Below are positions 1 to 9,899 of a stretch of 64,000 nucleotides of DNA, in pieces. The stretch comes from an uncultured Ruminococcus sp. (GTDB lineage Bacteria; Bacillota; Clostridia; Oscillospirales; CAG-382). The stretch spans positions 25,352-89,351 of the forward strand of contig CAZASH010000005.1 of NCBI GenBank assembly GCA_964487775.1, read 5' to 3'. Both the position numbers and the translations under genes were made by a program. Under the pieces are notes generated by a model, which was not told the origin of the DNA, searched no databases, and saw only the letters and a program-made list of their open reading frames with translations. Each line of letters starts with the position of its first letter. Position 1 is the stretch's first letter.

Positions 1-558
1 GCTGCCTCCCGACAGCATTTGCAGTGTTTTTTGCGCTCTGTCCTTTGCTGCGGTGCTCGCCTTGTCTGTTTTGGCAGGCGGCTCGTCGGTGAGTGTGATC
101 AGCCGGCAGCGTGACCTGACAGTCGGCAGCATTGCCTCTTTTTTTGCCGTAGAAAGCAGTATTCTGACATACGGTGGCGGCTCTTCGAGCAGCTTGAGCA
201 GTGCGTTCTGCGCATCCCATCGCATTTTTTCACAGCATTTGAATATAAAAATGCGGCTCGTGCCCTCGCTCGGCGGTACGTGAGAAAGCGTGATGACGTT
301 TCTGACCGCCTCCATATTGGCGGGCTTGTCATCGCCGCCGCAGATAAGCACGTCGGGATGACTGTCAGCCGACAGCTTGCGGCAGTCGGGACATATGCCG
401 CACGGCTTTTTATCGCCGCTGCACATAAGCACCGAACGTGCGTATGACAAAAAGTCATCGGCAAACGCCGTCGACGCAGATTCTATTATATATGAATGAA
501 ACAGCGTTCCACTGCAAAGTGCGTCCAAAAACCGACTTTTTTCCTGTTCACATCTCAT
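1..558 (-). CDS. holB: DNA polymerase III subunit delta-prime (clamp loader HolB), N-terminal part; the ORF runs off the left edge of the window
   Basis: It is absent from the ORF track because it is open-ended. My translation of the minus strand from the ATG at 556-558 gives MRCEQEKSRFLDALCSGTLFHSYIIES...CGICPDCRKL...NALLKLLEEPP...LPTVRSRC. These are the Zn-module, the LLKxLEEPP box and the SRC sensor motif typical of delta-prime. 558 nt is exactly 186 codons. Confidence 0.8.
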   Translation of the reverse strand, partial: MRCEQEKSRFLDALCSGTLFHSYIIESASTAFADDFLSYARSVLMCSGDKKPCGICPDCRKLSADSHPDVLICGGDDKPANMEAVRNVITLSHVPPSEGTSRIFIFKCCEKMRWDAQNALLKLLEEPPPYVRILLSTAKKEAMLPTVRSRCRLITLTDEPPAKTDKASTAAKDRAQKTLQMLSGGS

Positions 559-640
559 CTGCATAACCTCACACAAATACATCATATCACAAACCTCTGT
601 TATTTGCAAAGCTTTTTTGATAAAAAACGCGAAAAAACAG

Positions 641-669
641 GTGACAAACCGCAATGTATGTGATATAAT
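641..669 (+). promoter_or_regulatory. Candidate sigma-A promoter upstream of the rlmB-like gene
   Basis: GTGACA (641-646), a 17-nt spacer, then TATAAT (664-669), preceded by TGA (TGn extended -10). Confidence 0.5.
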
Positions 670-713
670 AACATATCTTATTGTATGTTAAGATACACGC
701 AGAATAATTTTGA

Positions 714-1487
714 ATGGTAAGTATTATGCAAAATACAGATAAACTCTCGTCCGACGGCGTTTTTGTCGGACGCAATGCCGTCACCGAACTGCTCAAAAGC
801 GGCAAGGCAGACAAGATATTGATGCAGAACGGCGACGATGACGGCCCACTAAAGATAATATTGGCGCTCGCCTCGCAAAAGGGCATTCCTGTCGTCAGAT
901 GCGACAGGCGCAAGCTCGACGGGCTTGCAGACGGCGTGCCTCATCAGGGTGTGGCAGCTTATGCTGCCGAAACAGAATACAAGTCTGTCGAGGATATATT
1001 GCAGATAGCCGCCGACAGGGGCGAAAAGCCTTTTGTGGTCATCTGCGATTCGGTCGAGGATCCGCACAACCTCGGTGCGATAATCCGTACCGCAGAGTGC
1101 GCAGGCGTTCACGGTGTCATTATACCCAAGCGCCGCGGAGTTTCGGTCAACAGCACTGTCGCAAAGGCATCGGCAGGTGCGCTGTTTCATATGGCGATAG
1201 CAAAAGTGCCCAACCTCGCTTCGGCAGTCGACACATTAAAGCAGAACGGTGTCTGGGTGTTCGCTCTCGAGGCCGACGGCGAGTGCTGCTATGACACAGA
1301 CCTCGATTGCGGCTGTGCCCTGATACTGGGCGGCGAGAACAACGGCGTTTCGGCGCTTTTGCGCAAAAAAGCCGACTATGTCGTTTCGATACCGATGTTC
1401 GGCAGGATAAACTCGCTCAACGTTTCGGCGGCAGGTGCGATAATGATGTTCGAAGCGGCAAAGCAGAGGCATAACAAAAAGCATTGA
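714..1487 (+). CDS. rlmB: TrmH/SpoU-family 23S rRNA (guanosine-2'-O)-methyltransferase, RlmB/YacO-like
   Basis: SpoU motifs are present: PHNLGAIIRTAECAGVHGVIIP, LILGGENNGVS and IPMFGRINSLNVSAAGAIMMFE. There is also an N-terminal substrate-binding-like region. The start (714 vs 726) is unresolved. Confidence 0.85.
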   Translation: MVSIMQNTDKLSSDGVFVGRNAVTELLKSGKADKILMQNGDDDGPLKIILALASQKGIPVVRCDRRKLDGLADGVPHQGVAAYAAETEYKSVEDILQIAADRGEKPFVVICDSVEDPHNLGAIIRTAECAGVHGVIIPKRRGVSVNSTVAKASAGALFHMAIAKVPNLASAVDTLKQNGVWVFALEADGECCYDTDLDCGCALILGGENNGVSALLRKKADYVVSIPMFGRINSLNVSAAGAIMMFEAAKQRHNKKH

Positions 1488-1527
1488 TTTCAGATTATTA
1501 AGATTACGATAAGGGTTTGGGAGCAAA

Positions 1528-4092
1528 ATGTCGATAGAAGAAGGAAAGAAAAAAAGAAATATCAACGACATATTGAGCGCGGCGACCGCCGAGAACGACG
1601 CCTTGCGCACAGATATTGCGTCAAAGACCTATGAGCACACGATCGTTTCGCTGGCGACGTCGGGCGACCAAAAGCCGCTTGTCGACAACAGCGACACGCA
1701 GATAGCCGATCGCATTCCGAAAACTCGTGCAGAGGCAGAGGCTGACCGCATAGTCAGCGCTTATTCAGACCGAGTTCCAAAGGCGGAGCTGTCCGGCACT
1801 GCCGAATTGCAGGGACTTTTAAACACTACCGCCGAGCGCAGCCTTTTGCCCGACGAGCCTGCAATATCTTCTTCTCGCAAGCCGAGCAGGCTCGGCAATA
1901 TGATAGAGGATGCCAAGATGCGCACCGCAGGCATAGATGTCACTCCGCACACAGAGCATGCTCGGAGCGCAGCGGACAGATTTACCGACCCTGTCGGACA
2001 CGTGCATCCGAGATCTCCCGTGCAGGAGTCTATGTTTGACCTCGACGGCGAGCAGCCGCCCGAGGCGCTTACCACCGAGATAGAAACAGTCAAATTTGAC
2101 GAGGATTATGAGGCGCTTTCTTCAAAAATAGAGAGCGGCGAGATAGAATTTGCACCCGAGCAGGAGGACGACGCTCAGACAGTTATGGCTGACGAGCCCG
2201 ACGACCTCGTCGCAGTCGGCGAGGAGCATCACGGCGACGGGCACGACGAGCATTCAGAGGCGAGGTCCGCCGCATTCGGAATGATGGACGACAAGTCCGA
2301 GGGCGACGACGATTTTGATGCCGCACTCGGCAGGATGAGCGATGCAAGGCGCAAAAAACAGAAAAAGCAAAAAACAAAGCCCAAGGAGTTTGAATACACC
2401 TCGCGCGACCAGAACAACGACGTTCACGCGATGCTTTATAAGGCGGTCAGGAAGTCCGGCTTCAAGACTCTCGCCTGCCTGATATTCACGGTGATAATAC
2501 TCGTGCTCGAGCTCGCTTCGGCTGACAGCAGCACCTTGCCTGCGTTTTTAAAGCAGGGCAGGTACGGCAATCTTTATATACTCATCGACCTGCAGCTTAT
2601 GCTGTTTACCGCGCTTGTCATGTTTGACAGCTTAAAGAACGGTGCAAAGGGACTTTTGGCGATGAAGCCGAACACCGACAGCCTTATAGTCGTTTCTGTT
2701 GCGGTCACGGCGATATATTCGATAGTGCTTTTGGTGGTCGATCCGATGTCAGAGTCGCTCAGGCTCTATTCATTGCCTGCGGCAACGGCGTGCCTTTGCC
2801 GTGCTTTTACGGAATATCTCTGCTGCCGCAAGGATTATCACTGCTTTAGAGTCATCGCCAAAAAGCACCGCAAGTACGCAGCGCTCGAGCTGAAGGGGGT
2901 TTCGCCCGAGGCGGCAGAATTTGCAAGGTATCTTTCGCACGATTCCGATATTTATACAGTAAAGAACACGGATTTCTGTGACGGAATGTTCCGCCGCATA
3001 CGCACACGCACCAAGAGCGAGCAGGTGCTCGGATTTATTATCCCGGTCATACTGATCATGGCTCTCGTGCTGTTCGGCATACTTGCGTGGCTCGGCAAGC
3101 CGATGCTCGACGCTTATGCCGCCGCAACGCTCGTGGTGCTCATTTCGACACCGCTCACCGCATTTTTTATGGTGACATTGCCTGTCGTGCGCATAAACCG
3201 CATAGGCAGACGTACCTCGTCGGCCTTCGTCGGCAATTCTGTCGCAGAGGAGTATGCCGATGCAGGCGTGCTCTCGTTTGCCGATACGGAGGTATATCCC
3301 TCAAAGAACATAAGAGTGGTCAGCGTCAAGGCCTATGGCAATTTCAGGCTTGACAATATCATTCCGAGCCTCGCGTCGGCGTTCAGCCTTATAGGCGGAC
3401 CTCTCGCATCGGTGCTTGCCAACATGGTCGACGGCGATGTTTCTGCGCCTGCCGATTCAAGGCTCACCGAGTCTGCCGCCGACGGCATCTGTATGTCGAT
3501 AGCAGGCAAGTCGATGTATATCGGCAAGCACAGCTATATGCGCCGCAACGGCATTGATGCGCCGCTTGACAACGGCGATACGGCTTATGAAAAAAAGAAC
3601 GGCACTGTCATGTTCGTCGCAGTCGACGGCAGACTCGCCGCAAAGGTCTACCTTATTTATACATTGAGCGAACGCTTTAATTCGCTTTTGCAGGATATGT
3701 ACAGAGCAGGTCTTTGCCTTGGCGTAAAGACGCTCGACCCCAACATAACCGACGAGATGCTCAAGCGCGACATCAGATTCAAGCGCTGCCCGATCACCGT
3801 CATTAAATGCTCGCAATTCGGCGAGTCGACCGACTGCCTTGACAGGGTCGACAGTGGCATAGTCACAAACGGTTCGCTGCACACATTCCTCAAAATGTTT
3901 GTGCTCTGCGACAAGGCAAGGCACGCCATTCGCAGCAACGTGGTCATCACGATGGCGGATATTTTGCTGTCAACTGCGGCGGTATGTTTCTTTGCGTTGA
4001 CAGGCTCGGTGTTCGATCTGACCTCGATCTATGCGCTTTTGTTCCAGCTCGTTTGGCTGTTGCCGGTCTGGATACTGTCACTTTTGCTGTAA
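1528..4092 (+). CDS. Membrane protein homologous to P1B-type (heavy-metal) P-type ATPases but lacking the catalytic motifs, with a ~300-aa acidic low-complexity N-terminal extension
   Basis: A GGGAG RBS precedes the ATG. FDSLKNGAKGLLAMKPNTDSLIVVSVAVTAIYS matches the P1B 'pnMD.L...G..aAy.yS' TM segment. Where CPC, DKTGT and TGDN normally sit, the ORF reads LISTPLT, SFADTEVY and VKTLDPN. The actuator region is very short and has no TGES. The C-terminal LCDKARHAIRSNVVITMADILLS resembles the last TM pair. Confidence 0.65.
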   Translation: MSIEEGKKKRNINDILSAATAENDALRTDIASKTYEHTIVSLATSGDQKPLVDNSDTQIADRIPKTRAEAEADRIVSAYSDRVPKAELSGTAELQGLLNTTAERSLLPDEPAISSSRKPSRLGNMIEDAKMRTAGIDVTPHTEHARSAADRFTDPVGHVHPRSPVQESMFDLDGEQPPEALTTEIETVKFDEDYEALSSKIESGEIEFAPEQEDDAQTVMADEPDDLVAVGEEHHGDGHDEHSEARSAAFGMMDDKSEGDDDFDAALGRMSDARRKKQKKQKTKPKEFEYTSRDQNNDVHAMLYKAVRKSGFKTLACLIFTVIILVLELASADSSTLPAFLKQGRYGNLYILIDLQLMLFTALVMFDSLKNGAKGLLAMKPNTDSLIVVSVAVTAIYSIVLLVVDPMSESLRLYSLPAATACLCRAFTEYLCCRKDYHCFRVIAKKHRKYAALELKGVSPEAAEFARYLSHDSDIYTVKNTDFCDGMFRRIRTRTKSEQVLGFIIPVILIMALVLFGILAWLGKPMLDAYAAATLVVLISTPLTAFFMVTLPVVRINRIGRRTSSAFVGNSVAEEYADAGVLSFADTEVYPSKNIRVVSVKAYGNFRLDNIIPSLASAFSLIGGPLASVLANMVDGDVSAPADSRLTESAADGICMSIAGKSMYIGKHSYMRRNGIDAPLDNGDTAYEKKNGTVMFVAVDGRLAAKVYLIYTLSERFNSLLQDMYRAGLCLGVKTLDPNITDEMLKRDIRFKRCPITVIKCSQFGESTDCLDRVDSGIVTNGSLHTFLKMFVLCDKARHAIRSNVVITMADILLSTAAVCFFALTGSVFDLTSIYALLFQLVWLLPVWILSLLL

Positions 4093-4150
4093 AATTACCT
4101 AAAAAAGCCGATTTCGGACGCAAAAAATGTAAATATTGTTGAATTGGCTC

Positions 4151-4179
4151 TTGATAATTTGGAGCAAATAAACTATAAT
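4151..4179 (+). promoter_or_regulatory. Sigma-A type promoter for the EF-G paralog
   Basis: TTGATA (4151-4156), a 17-nt spacer, then TATAAT (4174-4179). It lies about 50 nt upstream of the GGAGGA RBS and GTG start. Confidence 0.65.
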
Positions 4180-4228
4180 AGTACCAAAGGCACATTTTTA
4201 TGGCATAAAATTTTGGAGGACAACTATC

Positions 4229-6304
4229 GTGGCAAAAATTACTTCGGCAAAAATCAGAAACATAGCTTTAGTCGGACACGGCGGTGATGGTAAGACCTCT
4301 CTCGCAGAGGCGATGCTTTATCTCGCAAAGGCTACCGACAGACTCGGCAAGACTGCTGACGGCAACACCGTCTGCGACTACGATACAGAAGAGAAGTCGA
4401 GAGGCATCTCTATCTCTACTGCATTGGCAAATTATATTTGGAACGATACAAAGATCAACATCATTGACGCTCCCGGCTCGTTTGACTTTGTCGGCGAAGC
4501 GCTCGAGGCTATCAGCGTAGCAGGCACTGCACTGCTCGTCGTTGACGGCAAGGGCGGCCACAAGGTCGGCACCGAGCTTTCGTGGGATAACGCAGCAGGC
4601 ATCCCCAAGGCATTCTTTGTCAACAAGATGGATGACGAGAATGCAAACTTTGACAAGACGCTTGAGGGTATGCGTGATACCTTCGGCACCAGCGTCTGCC
4701 CTGTGTTCGTTCCTTTCGGCAACGGACCCGACGCTATATATGTCAACCTTCTGACCGATGAGGCATTCAAGTTTGACAAGGCAGGCAACGCTATCAAGAC
4801 AGAATTGCCCGCACAGTATGCTGAGCACGTCGAGGAGCTTACGCTCGAGCTCGACCAGGCTCTCGCAGAGACCAGCGAAGAATTGATGGAGAAGGTACTG
4901 TTCGAAGAGCAGCCCCTTACCCAGCAGGAGCGCCATGACGCACTCAACGCAGGCCTTGTTTCCGGCGCTATCTCGCCTGTATTCGCAGGCTCTGCCGTCA
5001 CGCTCGCAGGCGTAAGAGTGCTTATGGACACTATCTCGGCTTCGTTCAGCTCGCCCATCGATCGCAAGATGCGCAAGGTCGAGCAGGATGGCAAGATAAC
5101 CGAGGTCGAGGCCTCGAACGACGGCGCACCCTCTGTTTTCGTATTCAAGACGCTCATCGACCAGTTCGGCAAGCGCACCTATTTCCAGGTCAGATCCGGC
5201 GTCCTCAAAAAGGATACCGTGCTCACCAACCTCACCAACGGCCAGGCTGAGAAATTCAGCCGCCTCACCACCTGCGTCGGCGCTAAGGACACCGATACCG
5301 ACGAGATGGTCTATGGTGATATCGGCGTTACGGTCAAGCTCGTCGCTACCAACACCTGCGACACTCTGACCGCCGACCCCGCATTCAAGACCCCGTACCA
5401 GCGCATCAAGTTCCCTGTTCCTTATTTCTGCCAGGCTATCGCGCCCAAGGCAAGAGGCGACGAGGACAAGATCTCGTCGGGCATCTCAAAGCTGCTCGAA
5501 GAGGACTATACTCTTAAATATGTCAACAACAGCGAGACAAAGCAGATGTGCCTCTATGGACTTTCCGACGCACACCTTGCAGTCATCGTTTCAAAGCTGC
5601 GCAACCGTTTTGGCGTTTCTGTCGACCTGACTGCCGCCAAGATCCCTTATCGTGAAACCATCAAAAAGACTGTTCAGGTCGAAGGCAAGCATAAGAAGCA
5701 GACCGGCGGCCACGGTCAGTACGGTCACGTTCGCATCACGTTCTCGCACGGCGAAAACGAAGCACTCGAGTTCACCGAGTCTGTCGTCGGCGGCACAGTG
5801 CCCAAGAACTTCTTCCCCGCAGTCGAAAAGGGCTTGCAGGAGGCTATCCAGAAGGGCACGCTCGCAGGCTATCCCGTTATTTATCTCAAAGCCGACCTTT
5901 ATGACGGCTCTTATCACGACGTCGACTCGTCCGAAATGTCGTTCAAGCTCGCTGCACACCTCGCCTTCAAAGAAGGTATGAAGCAGGGCGGCGCAGTATT
6001 GCTCGAGCCTATCGGCGAGCTCAAGGTCCTCATCCCCGATGATTATATGGGCGATATTATGGGCGACCTCAACAAGCACCGCGGCAGAATAATGAACACG
6101 GCACAGGCCGACCGCAAGGGCTATACCATCGTCGAGGCAGAATGCCCGATGGCAGAGATGTCGATGTACGCCATCCAGCTCCGCGCAATGACGCAGGGCA
6201 GGGGCAGCTATACATTTGAATTTGTGCGCTATGAGGAGGCTCCCTCCGATGTGGCTGCCAAGGTCATTGCCGAGGCAAAGAAGGATCAGACCGAAGACGA
6301 CTGA
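4229..6304 (+). CDS. Elongation factor G family GTPase (stand-alone EF-G paralog, not in an rpsL-rpsG-fusA-tuf context)
   Basis: GTG start after GGAGGA. G1 is VGHGGDGKTS, G3 is IIDAPGSFDF and G4 is NKMD. EF-G domain IV/V-like sequence is present (HKKQTGGHGQYGHV, GYPVIYLKADLYDGSYHDVDSSEMSFK). Confidence 0.85.
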   Translation: MAKITSAKIRNIALVGHGGDGKTSLAEAMLYLAKATDRLGKTADGNTVCDYDTEEKSRGISISTALANYIWNDTKINIIDAPGSFDFVGEALEAISVAGTALLVVDGKGGHKVGTELSWDNAAGIPKAFFVNKMDDENANFDKTLEGMRDTFGTSVCPVFVPFGNGPDAIYVNLLTDEAFKFDKAGNAIKTELPAQYAEHVEELTLELDQALAETSEELMEKVLFEEQPLTQQERHDALNAGLVSGAISPVFAGSAVTLAGVRVLMDTISASFSSPIDRKMRKVEQDGKITEVEASNDGAPSVFVFKTLIDQFGKRTYFQVRSGVLKKDTVLTNLTNGQAEKFSRLTTCVGAKDTDTDEMVYGDIGVTVKLVATNTCDTLTADPAFKTPYQRIKFPVPYFCQAIAPKARGDEDKISSGISKLLEEDYTLKYVNNSETKQMCLYGLSDAHLAVIVSKLRNRFGVSVDLTAAKIPYRETIKKTVQVEGKHKKQTGGHGQYGHVRITFSHGENEALEFTESVVGGTVPKNFFPAVEKGLQEAIQKGTLAGYPVIYLKADLYDGSYHDVDSSEMSFKLAAHLAFKEGMKQGGAVLLEPIGELKVLIPDDYMGDIMGDLNKHRGRIMNTAQADRKGYTIVEAECPMAEMSMYAIQLRAMTQGRGSYTFEFVRYEEAPSDVAAKVIAEAKKDQTEDD

Positions 6305-6349
6305 TAACGCATTAATTTTTCAACTTTTTCCTAAAAGCGAGGTAACAAC

Positions 6350-7756
6350 ATGAAATCCACCACAAAAGGCAAAGCTTTGACCGCGGCACTGCTCGCGCTC
6401 GTCACTCTTTGTGCAGTAATTCTTTCCGCCTGCGACACAGGCTCGGGCGACAGCGACTTTCTCGCATCGATTCCCGACCTTGGCGAGAGCGTCGACACAT
6501 CTGTTTCTGATGATTCGAGCGACGAGTCGACCCCCGAGGGCTATACCGCAAAGCCCAAGGTCGGCACTATCGTCAACGTTTCTCCCAGCGAAGTCGTTAT
6601 AGCAGGCACCTGCGAAGACGGCGCAGTCATCAACATCAAGGGCGGCAAAGAAGAGATCACTGTCGCATCCAAGGACGGCTATTTTATAACCACCACGGTG
6701 CTCACAGGCACTTCTCAGACGCTGCTCGAGATAACCGCAAAGGTCGAAGGCAAAGAAGAGAGCGAGATACTCTCGGCAGTCGCATATTATTCTGCGATAT
6801 CCGAGCCTCGTGCCGATGGCATGAGCGTTGCAGTCGGCAAGGACTCGCACCTCTATTTTGACAAGATGATCGAGAACTATACCGGTGCTAACCTGCTCAC
6901 ACAGACAGAGCTCAGACAGTTCAAGACATTTGTCAACAGCAAGGTCTCGGCTTGCGTGTCGAGAGCAAACGGCGGCGACTTTGACCTTATCTATGTGCTT
7001 ATCCCCGACGTTACCTCTATATACGACGAATATCTTGACGACGATATCAAGCGCGAAACTCACCAGACCCGCTATGAGCAGATCAGTGCGGCACTGGCAG
7101 AGACCGAGGCTGTTGTCATAGATATGTACGATGTCTTTATGGCAGCCAAGGAGAATGGCGAATATCCTATCTACCGCACCACTGACAGCCATCTGACAGA
7201 GTACGGCGCATACCTCGTAAATGTCGAGATATGCAAGGTCATGGCAAAGCGCTTCCCTGCTGCGGCAGCACATCCGCTCGAAGAGTATGAGATCACCACC
7301 AAGAACGTCATCGGCGGCGACCTGGTGTCTTACCTCGGCATCAGCAAGAATATAACCAACGAGGATGTTCCCGTGCTCAAGCCCAAGTATGACATAAGCA
7401 TCGGCAACGGTGAAAGCAAGGGCTTTGATACCACCAAGATTTCCGACCTCAAGATATACACCTCGTCGACCGACTATTCGATCAACGAAGGCAAGGATGC
7501 GGGCGCTGTTCTTGCGAGAACCTATTTCCGCACCGAGAACACCGAGCTTCCCTGCGCACTCGTATATCGTGACGATTCTGCGGCAACACTCACACCGTTC
7601 CTGGCAGAGCGCCTCTGCAACTCCATGTTTGCACTTTCGGGCGACTTCACCATCAACCTGACCGACGCAGGCCGTCATAACGGCGAGGGCAGATCGCTGG
7701 TCGACTATGTCATAGTCACCGTTGGCGAATCCAACCTCAACAAAATACTCGGCTGA
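6350..7756 (+). CDS. Lipoprotein with a DHHW / AlgX-AlgJ-like SGNH domain (putative extracellular polysaccharide O-acyl-transfer/esterase family)
   Basis: The signal peptide has a lipobox (LSAC). RTTDSHLTEYGAYL resembles the TD(T/S)H(W/L)T..GA motif of the AlgJ/DHHW family. The gene sits next to a CapA-like gene. The function is an inference. Confidence 0.55.
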   Translation: MKSTTKGKALTAALLALVTLCAVILSACDTGSGDSDFLASIPDLGESVDTSVSDDSSDESTPEGYTAKPKVGTIVNVSPSEVVIAGTCEDGAVINIKGGKEEITVASKDGYFITTTVLTGTSQTLLEITAKVEGKEESEILSAVAYYSAISEPRADGMSVAVGKDSHLYFDKMIENYTGANLLTQTELRQFKTFVNSKVSACVSRANGGDFDLIYVLIPDVTSIYDEYLDDDIKRETHQTRYEQISAALAETEAVVIDMYDVFMAAKENGEYPIYRTTDSHLTEYGAYLVNVEICKVMAKRFPAAAAHPLEEYEITTKNVIGGDLVSYLGISKNITNEDVPVLKPKYDISIGNGESKGFDTTKISDLKIYTSSTDYSINEGKDAGAVLARTYFRTENTELPCALVYRDDSAATLTPFLAERLCNSMFALSGDFTINLTDAGRHNGEGRSLVDYVIVTVGESNLNKILG

Positions 7757-7780
7757 TAAACGCCGTAAATAATTATTGAC

Positions 7781-9193
7781 ATGAATAACAGATTTACCGC
7801 AACGTTGACCGCAGTTCTTGCGGTCGTCATGGTCGCGGTGTTGATATTCTGTCTTGTGGAATGCGGCAGTATGCCGAATGATACAGAGAGTATGACCCCG
7901 AGTAACTCCGGGGTCGTTTCTTTGGGTCCGCAGGATAGCACCGACCCCGACCATAGCTCGAACGGCGACGGCAGCACGCCCGACACGCCTTCTGTTCCTT
8001 CGAATTCGACAGATTCAACAGAATCTTCAGAAGAGCCGAAGCCTGTCGATCAGCGTATGCATTTGCTTGCCTGCCCTGACAACATCATTCACGCTTCGGT
8101 TTATTATGATGCTGTCAACGTCGCAGCAAAAAAGAACAACACCACGCCGGTCTATAAGCCCCTCGACGAGATAGAATACGATTTCAGCGAGATATATAAA
8201 AATGTCGCCGATCATATCGCAAAAGCCGACCTTGCATATATCAATGTCGAAACCATGATGGGCGGCGACGAGCTCGGCATATCGAGCTATCCGACGTTCA
8301 ACACCCCCGAGGCGTGCGGACATACGCTCATAGACCTCGGCTTTGACGTGTTTAATATCGCGCATAACCATATGCTCGACGCAGGCATCAAGGGTCTGCA
8401 GGGCTGCAATCGCTTTTTCACCGAAAAGGGTAAGACAGTGCTCGGCTATTATGCGAATGCTGCAGCCACAAACAATATTACCGTCACCGAAACCAACGGC
8501 ATCAGGATAGCGTGGCTCACCTATACCTATGGCACTAACGGCTTGACAAAGCCTGCGAGCGCCGACGAATATATTCCGTATTTCGACGAGCAGCTCATAC
8601 GAGCGCAGGTCGCTGCCGCAAGAGAGGTGTCTGACCTCATCATCGTTTCGGCACACTGGGGCGACGAGAACGCCGATTATCTCGACAGATACCAAAAGCA
8701 ATACAGCAAGCTGTTTTTGGAGCTCGATATAGACATCGTGCTCGGAATGCACTCGCACAACATTCAGCCCATGCGCTGGGAGACCAACGCTTCGGGCGGC
8801 AGAACGCTGATGATCTATTCGCTCGGAAATTTCATCTCGGGTATGCAGGATCACACCAACATGCTCGGCGGAATGCTTGACCTCGAGATAGTCAAATCGG
8901 CAGAAACAGGCGAGATAACCTTAGAGAACATTATTTTTACGCCTGTCGTGACCTATTACACCTCGGGCAAGCGTGTCGGCAGCTATCTCGGCGACACAGG
9001 CCAGCGCAACTATTGCATCTATCCTCTTTGCGACTTCACCGAGGATCTCTTGAACAGCCACGGCATCAAGGAGCTGAAGTCGGTCTATAAGCTCGTCGGC
9101 GGCGAGTGGAGCATAGAATGCCTTTATAAGACCGTTCAGAAGTATATCGACCCCGAGTTCCTCGAGGAGAAATACAGAGCGAGCGGCGATTGA
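7781..9193 (+). CDS. CapA/PGA_cap family metallophosphatase-like protein, membrane anchored
   Basis: There is an N-terminal TM segment and a Ser/Pro/Asp-rich linker. The motifs HNHMLDAG, SAHWGDE and GMHSHNIQP are typical of CapA-family proteins. Confidence 0.75.
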   Translation: MNNRFTATLTAVLAVVMVAVLIFCLVECGSMPNDTESMTPSNSGVVSLGPQDSTDPDHSSNGDGSTPDTPSVPSNSTDSTESSEEPKPVDQRMHLLACPDNIIHASVYYDAVNVAAKKNNTTPVYKPLDEIEYDFSEIYKNVADHIAKADLAYINVETMMGGDELGISSYPTFNTPEACGHTLIDLGFDVFNIAHNHMLDAGIKGLQGCNRFFTEKGKTVLGYYANAAATNNITVTETNGIRIAWLTYTYGTNGLTKPASADEYIPYFDEQLIRAQVAAAREVSDLIIVSAHWGDENADYLDRYQKQYSKLFLELDIDIVLGMHSHNIQPMRWETNASGGRTLMIYSLGNFISGMQDHTNMLGGMLDLEIVKSAETGEITLENIIFTPVVTYYTSGKRVGSYLGDTGQRNYCIYPLCDFTEDLLNSHGIKELKSVYKLVGGEWSIECLYKTVQKYIDPEFLEEKYRASGD

Positions 9194-9281
9194 CCAAAAA
9201 AATTTCGGGGACGCACCCAAAGTGTGTTCCCGATAGTTTTGATGATTATATTATTTGATGATAATTTGATCGGAGTAGAGC

Positions 9282-9863
9282 ATGGCAAAGTTATATTTCA
9301 AATACGGCGCTATGGGTTCGAGCAAGTCGGCACAGGCGCTGATAACCAAATTTAATTATGAAGAGCGCGGAATGCGTGTCTGGCTTATCAAGCCGTCAAC
9401 AGACGACCGTGACGGCAGAGCGACCGTCCGCTCGCGCATAGGTCTTGATTGCGAGGCGTTTGTCATAACGCCCGAAACCGACATCAGGGCTTGCTTTATC
9501 AGGCAGGAATGCCGTGACGTCATCATCGCCGACGAGTGCCAGTTTTTTACACCTCGGCAGATAGATGAGCTCAGGCAGATAGTCGACGAAATGAGCGTGC
9601 CCGTGCTCTGCTTTGGACTGCGCACCGACTTTTTGACGCATCTTTTTCCCGGCTCGGCAAGGCTGTTTGAGGTCGCCGATTCGATAACCGAGATCAAGAC
9701 GATATGCGCCTGCGGTCGCAAGGCGACAGTCAACGCGCGCATAGATCAAAACGGCAACATCGTCACCGAGGGCGATCAGGTGCTCATCGGCGGCAACGAT
9801 GCGTATGTGGCTATGTGCCATTCCTGCTGGAAGCAGAAAATAAAAAGACAGTACCAAGGCTGA
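9282..9863 (+). CDS. tdk: Thymidine kinase
   Basis: MAKLYFKYGAMGSSKSAQ P-loop, DECQFF, and a C-terminal Zn-binding CxxC...CxxC (CACGRKAT...MCHSCW). Confidence 0.9.
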   Translation: MAKLYFKYGAMGSSKSAQALITKFNYEERGMRVWLIKPSTDDRDGRATVRSRIGLDCEAFVITPETDIRACFIRQECRDVIIADECQFFTPRQIDELRQIVDEMSVPVLCFGLRTDFLTHLFPGSARLFEVADSITEIKTICACGRKATVNARIDQNGNIVTEGDQVLIGGNDAYVAMCHSCWKQKIKRQYQG

Positions 9864-9899
9864 ATAATTATTATAATTAATAATGAAGTGAGTTCGAAA

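Noticed and set aside
6320-7954. A 544-aa minus-strand ORF from the track.
   Set aside because: It lies entirely antisense to two well-supported plus-strand genes (the DHHW-like lipoprotein and the CapA-like gene). It has a Cys/Arg/Gly-rich nonsense-like composition, no RBS and no recognisable motifs. This is the typical long antisense ORF seen in GC-rich coding DNA.
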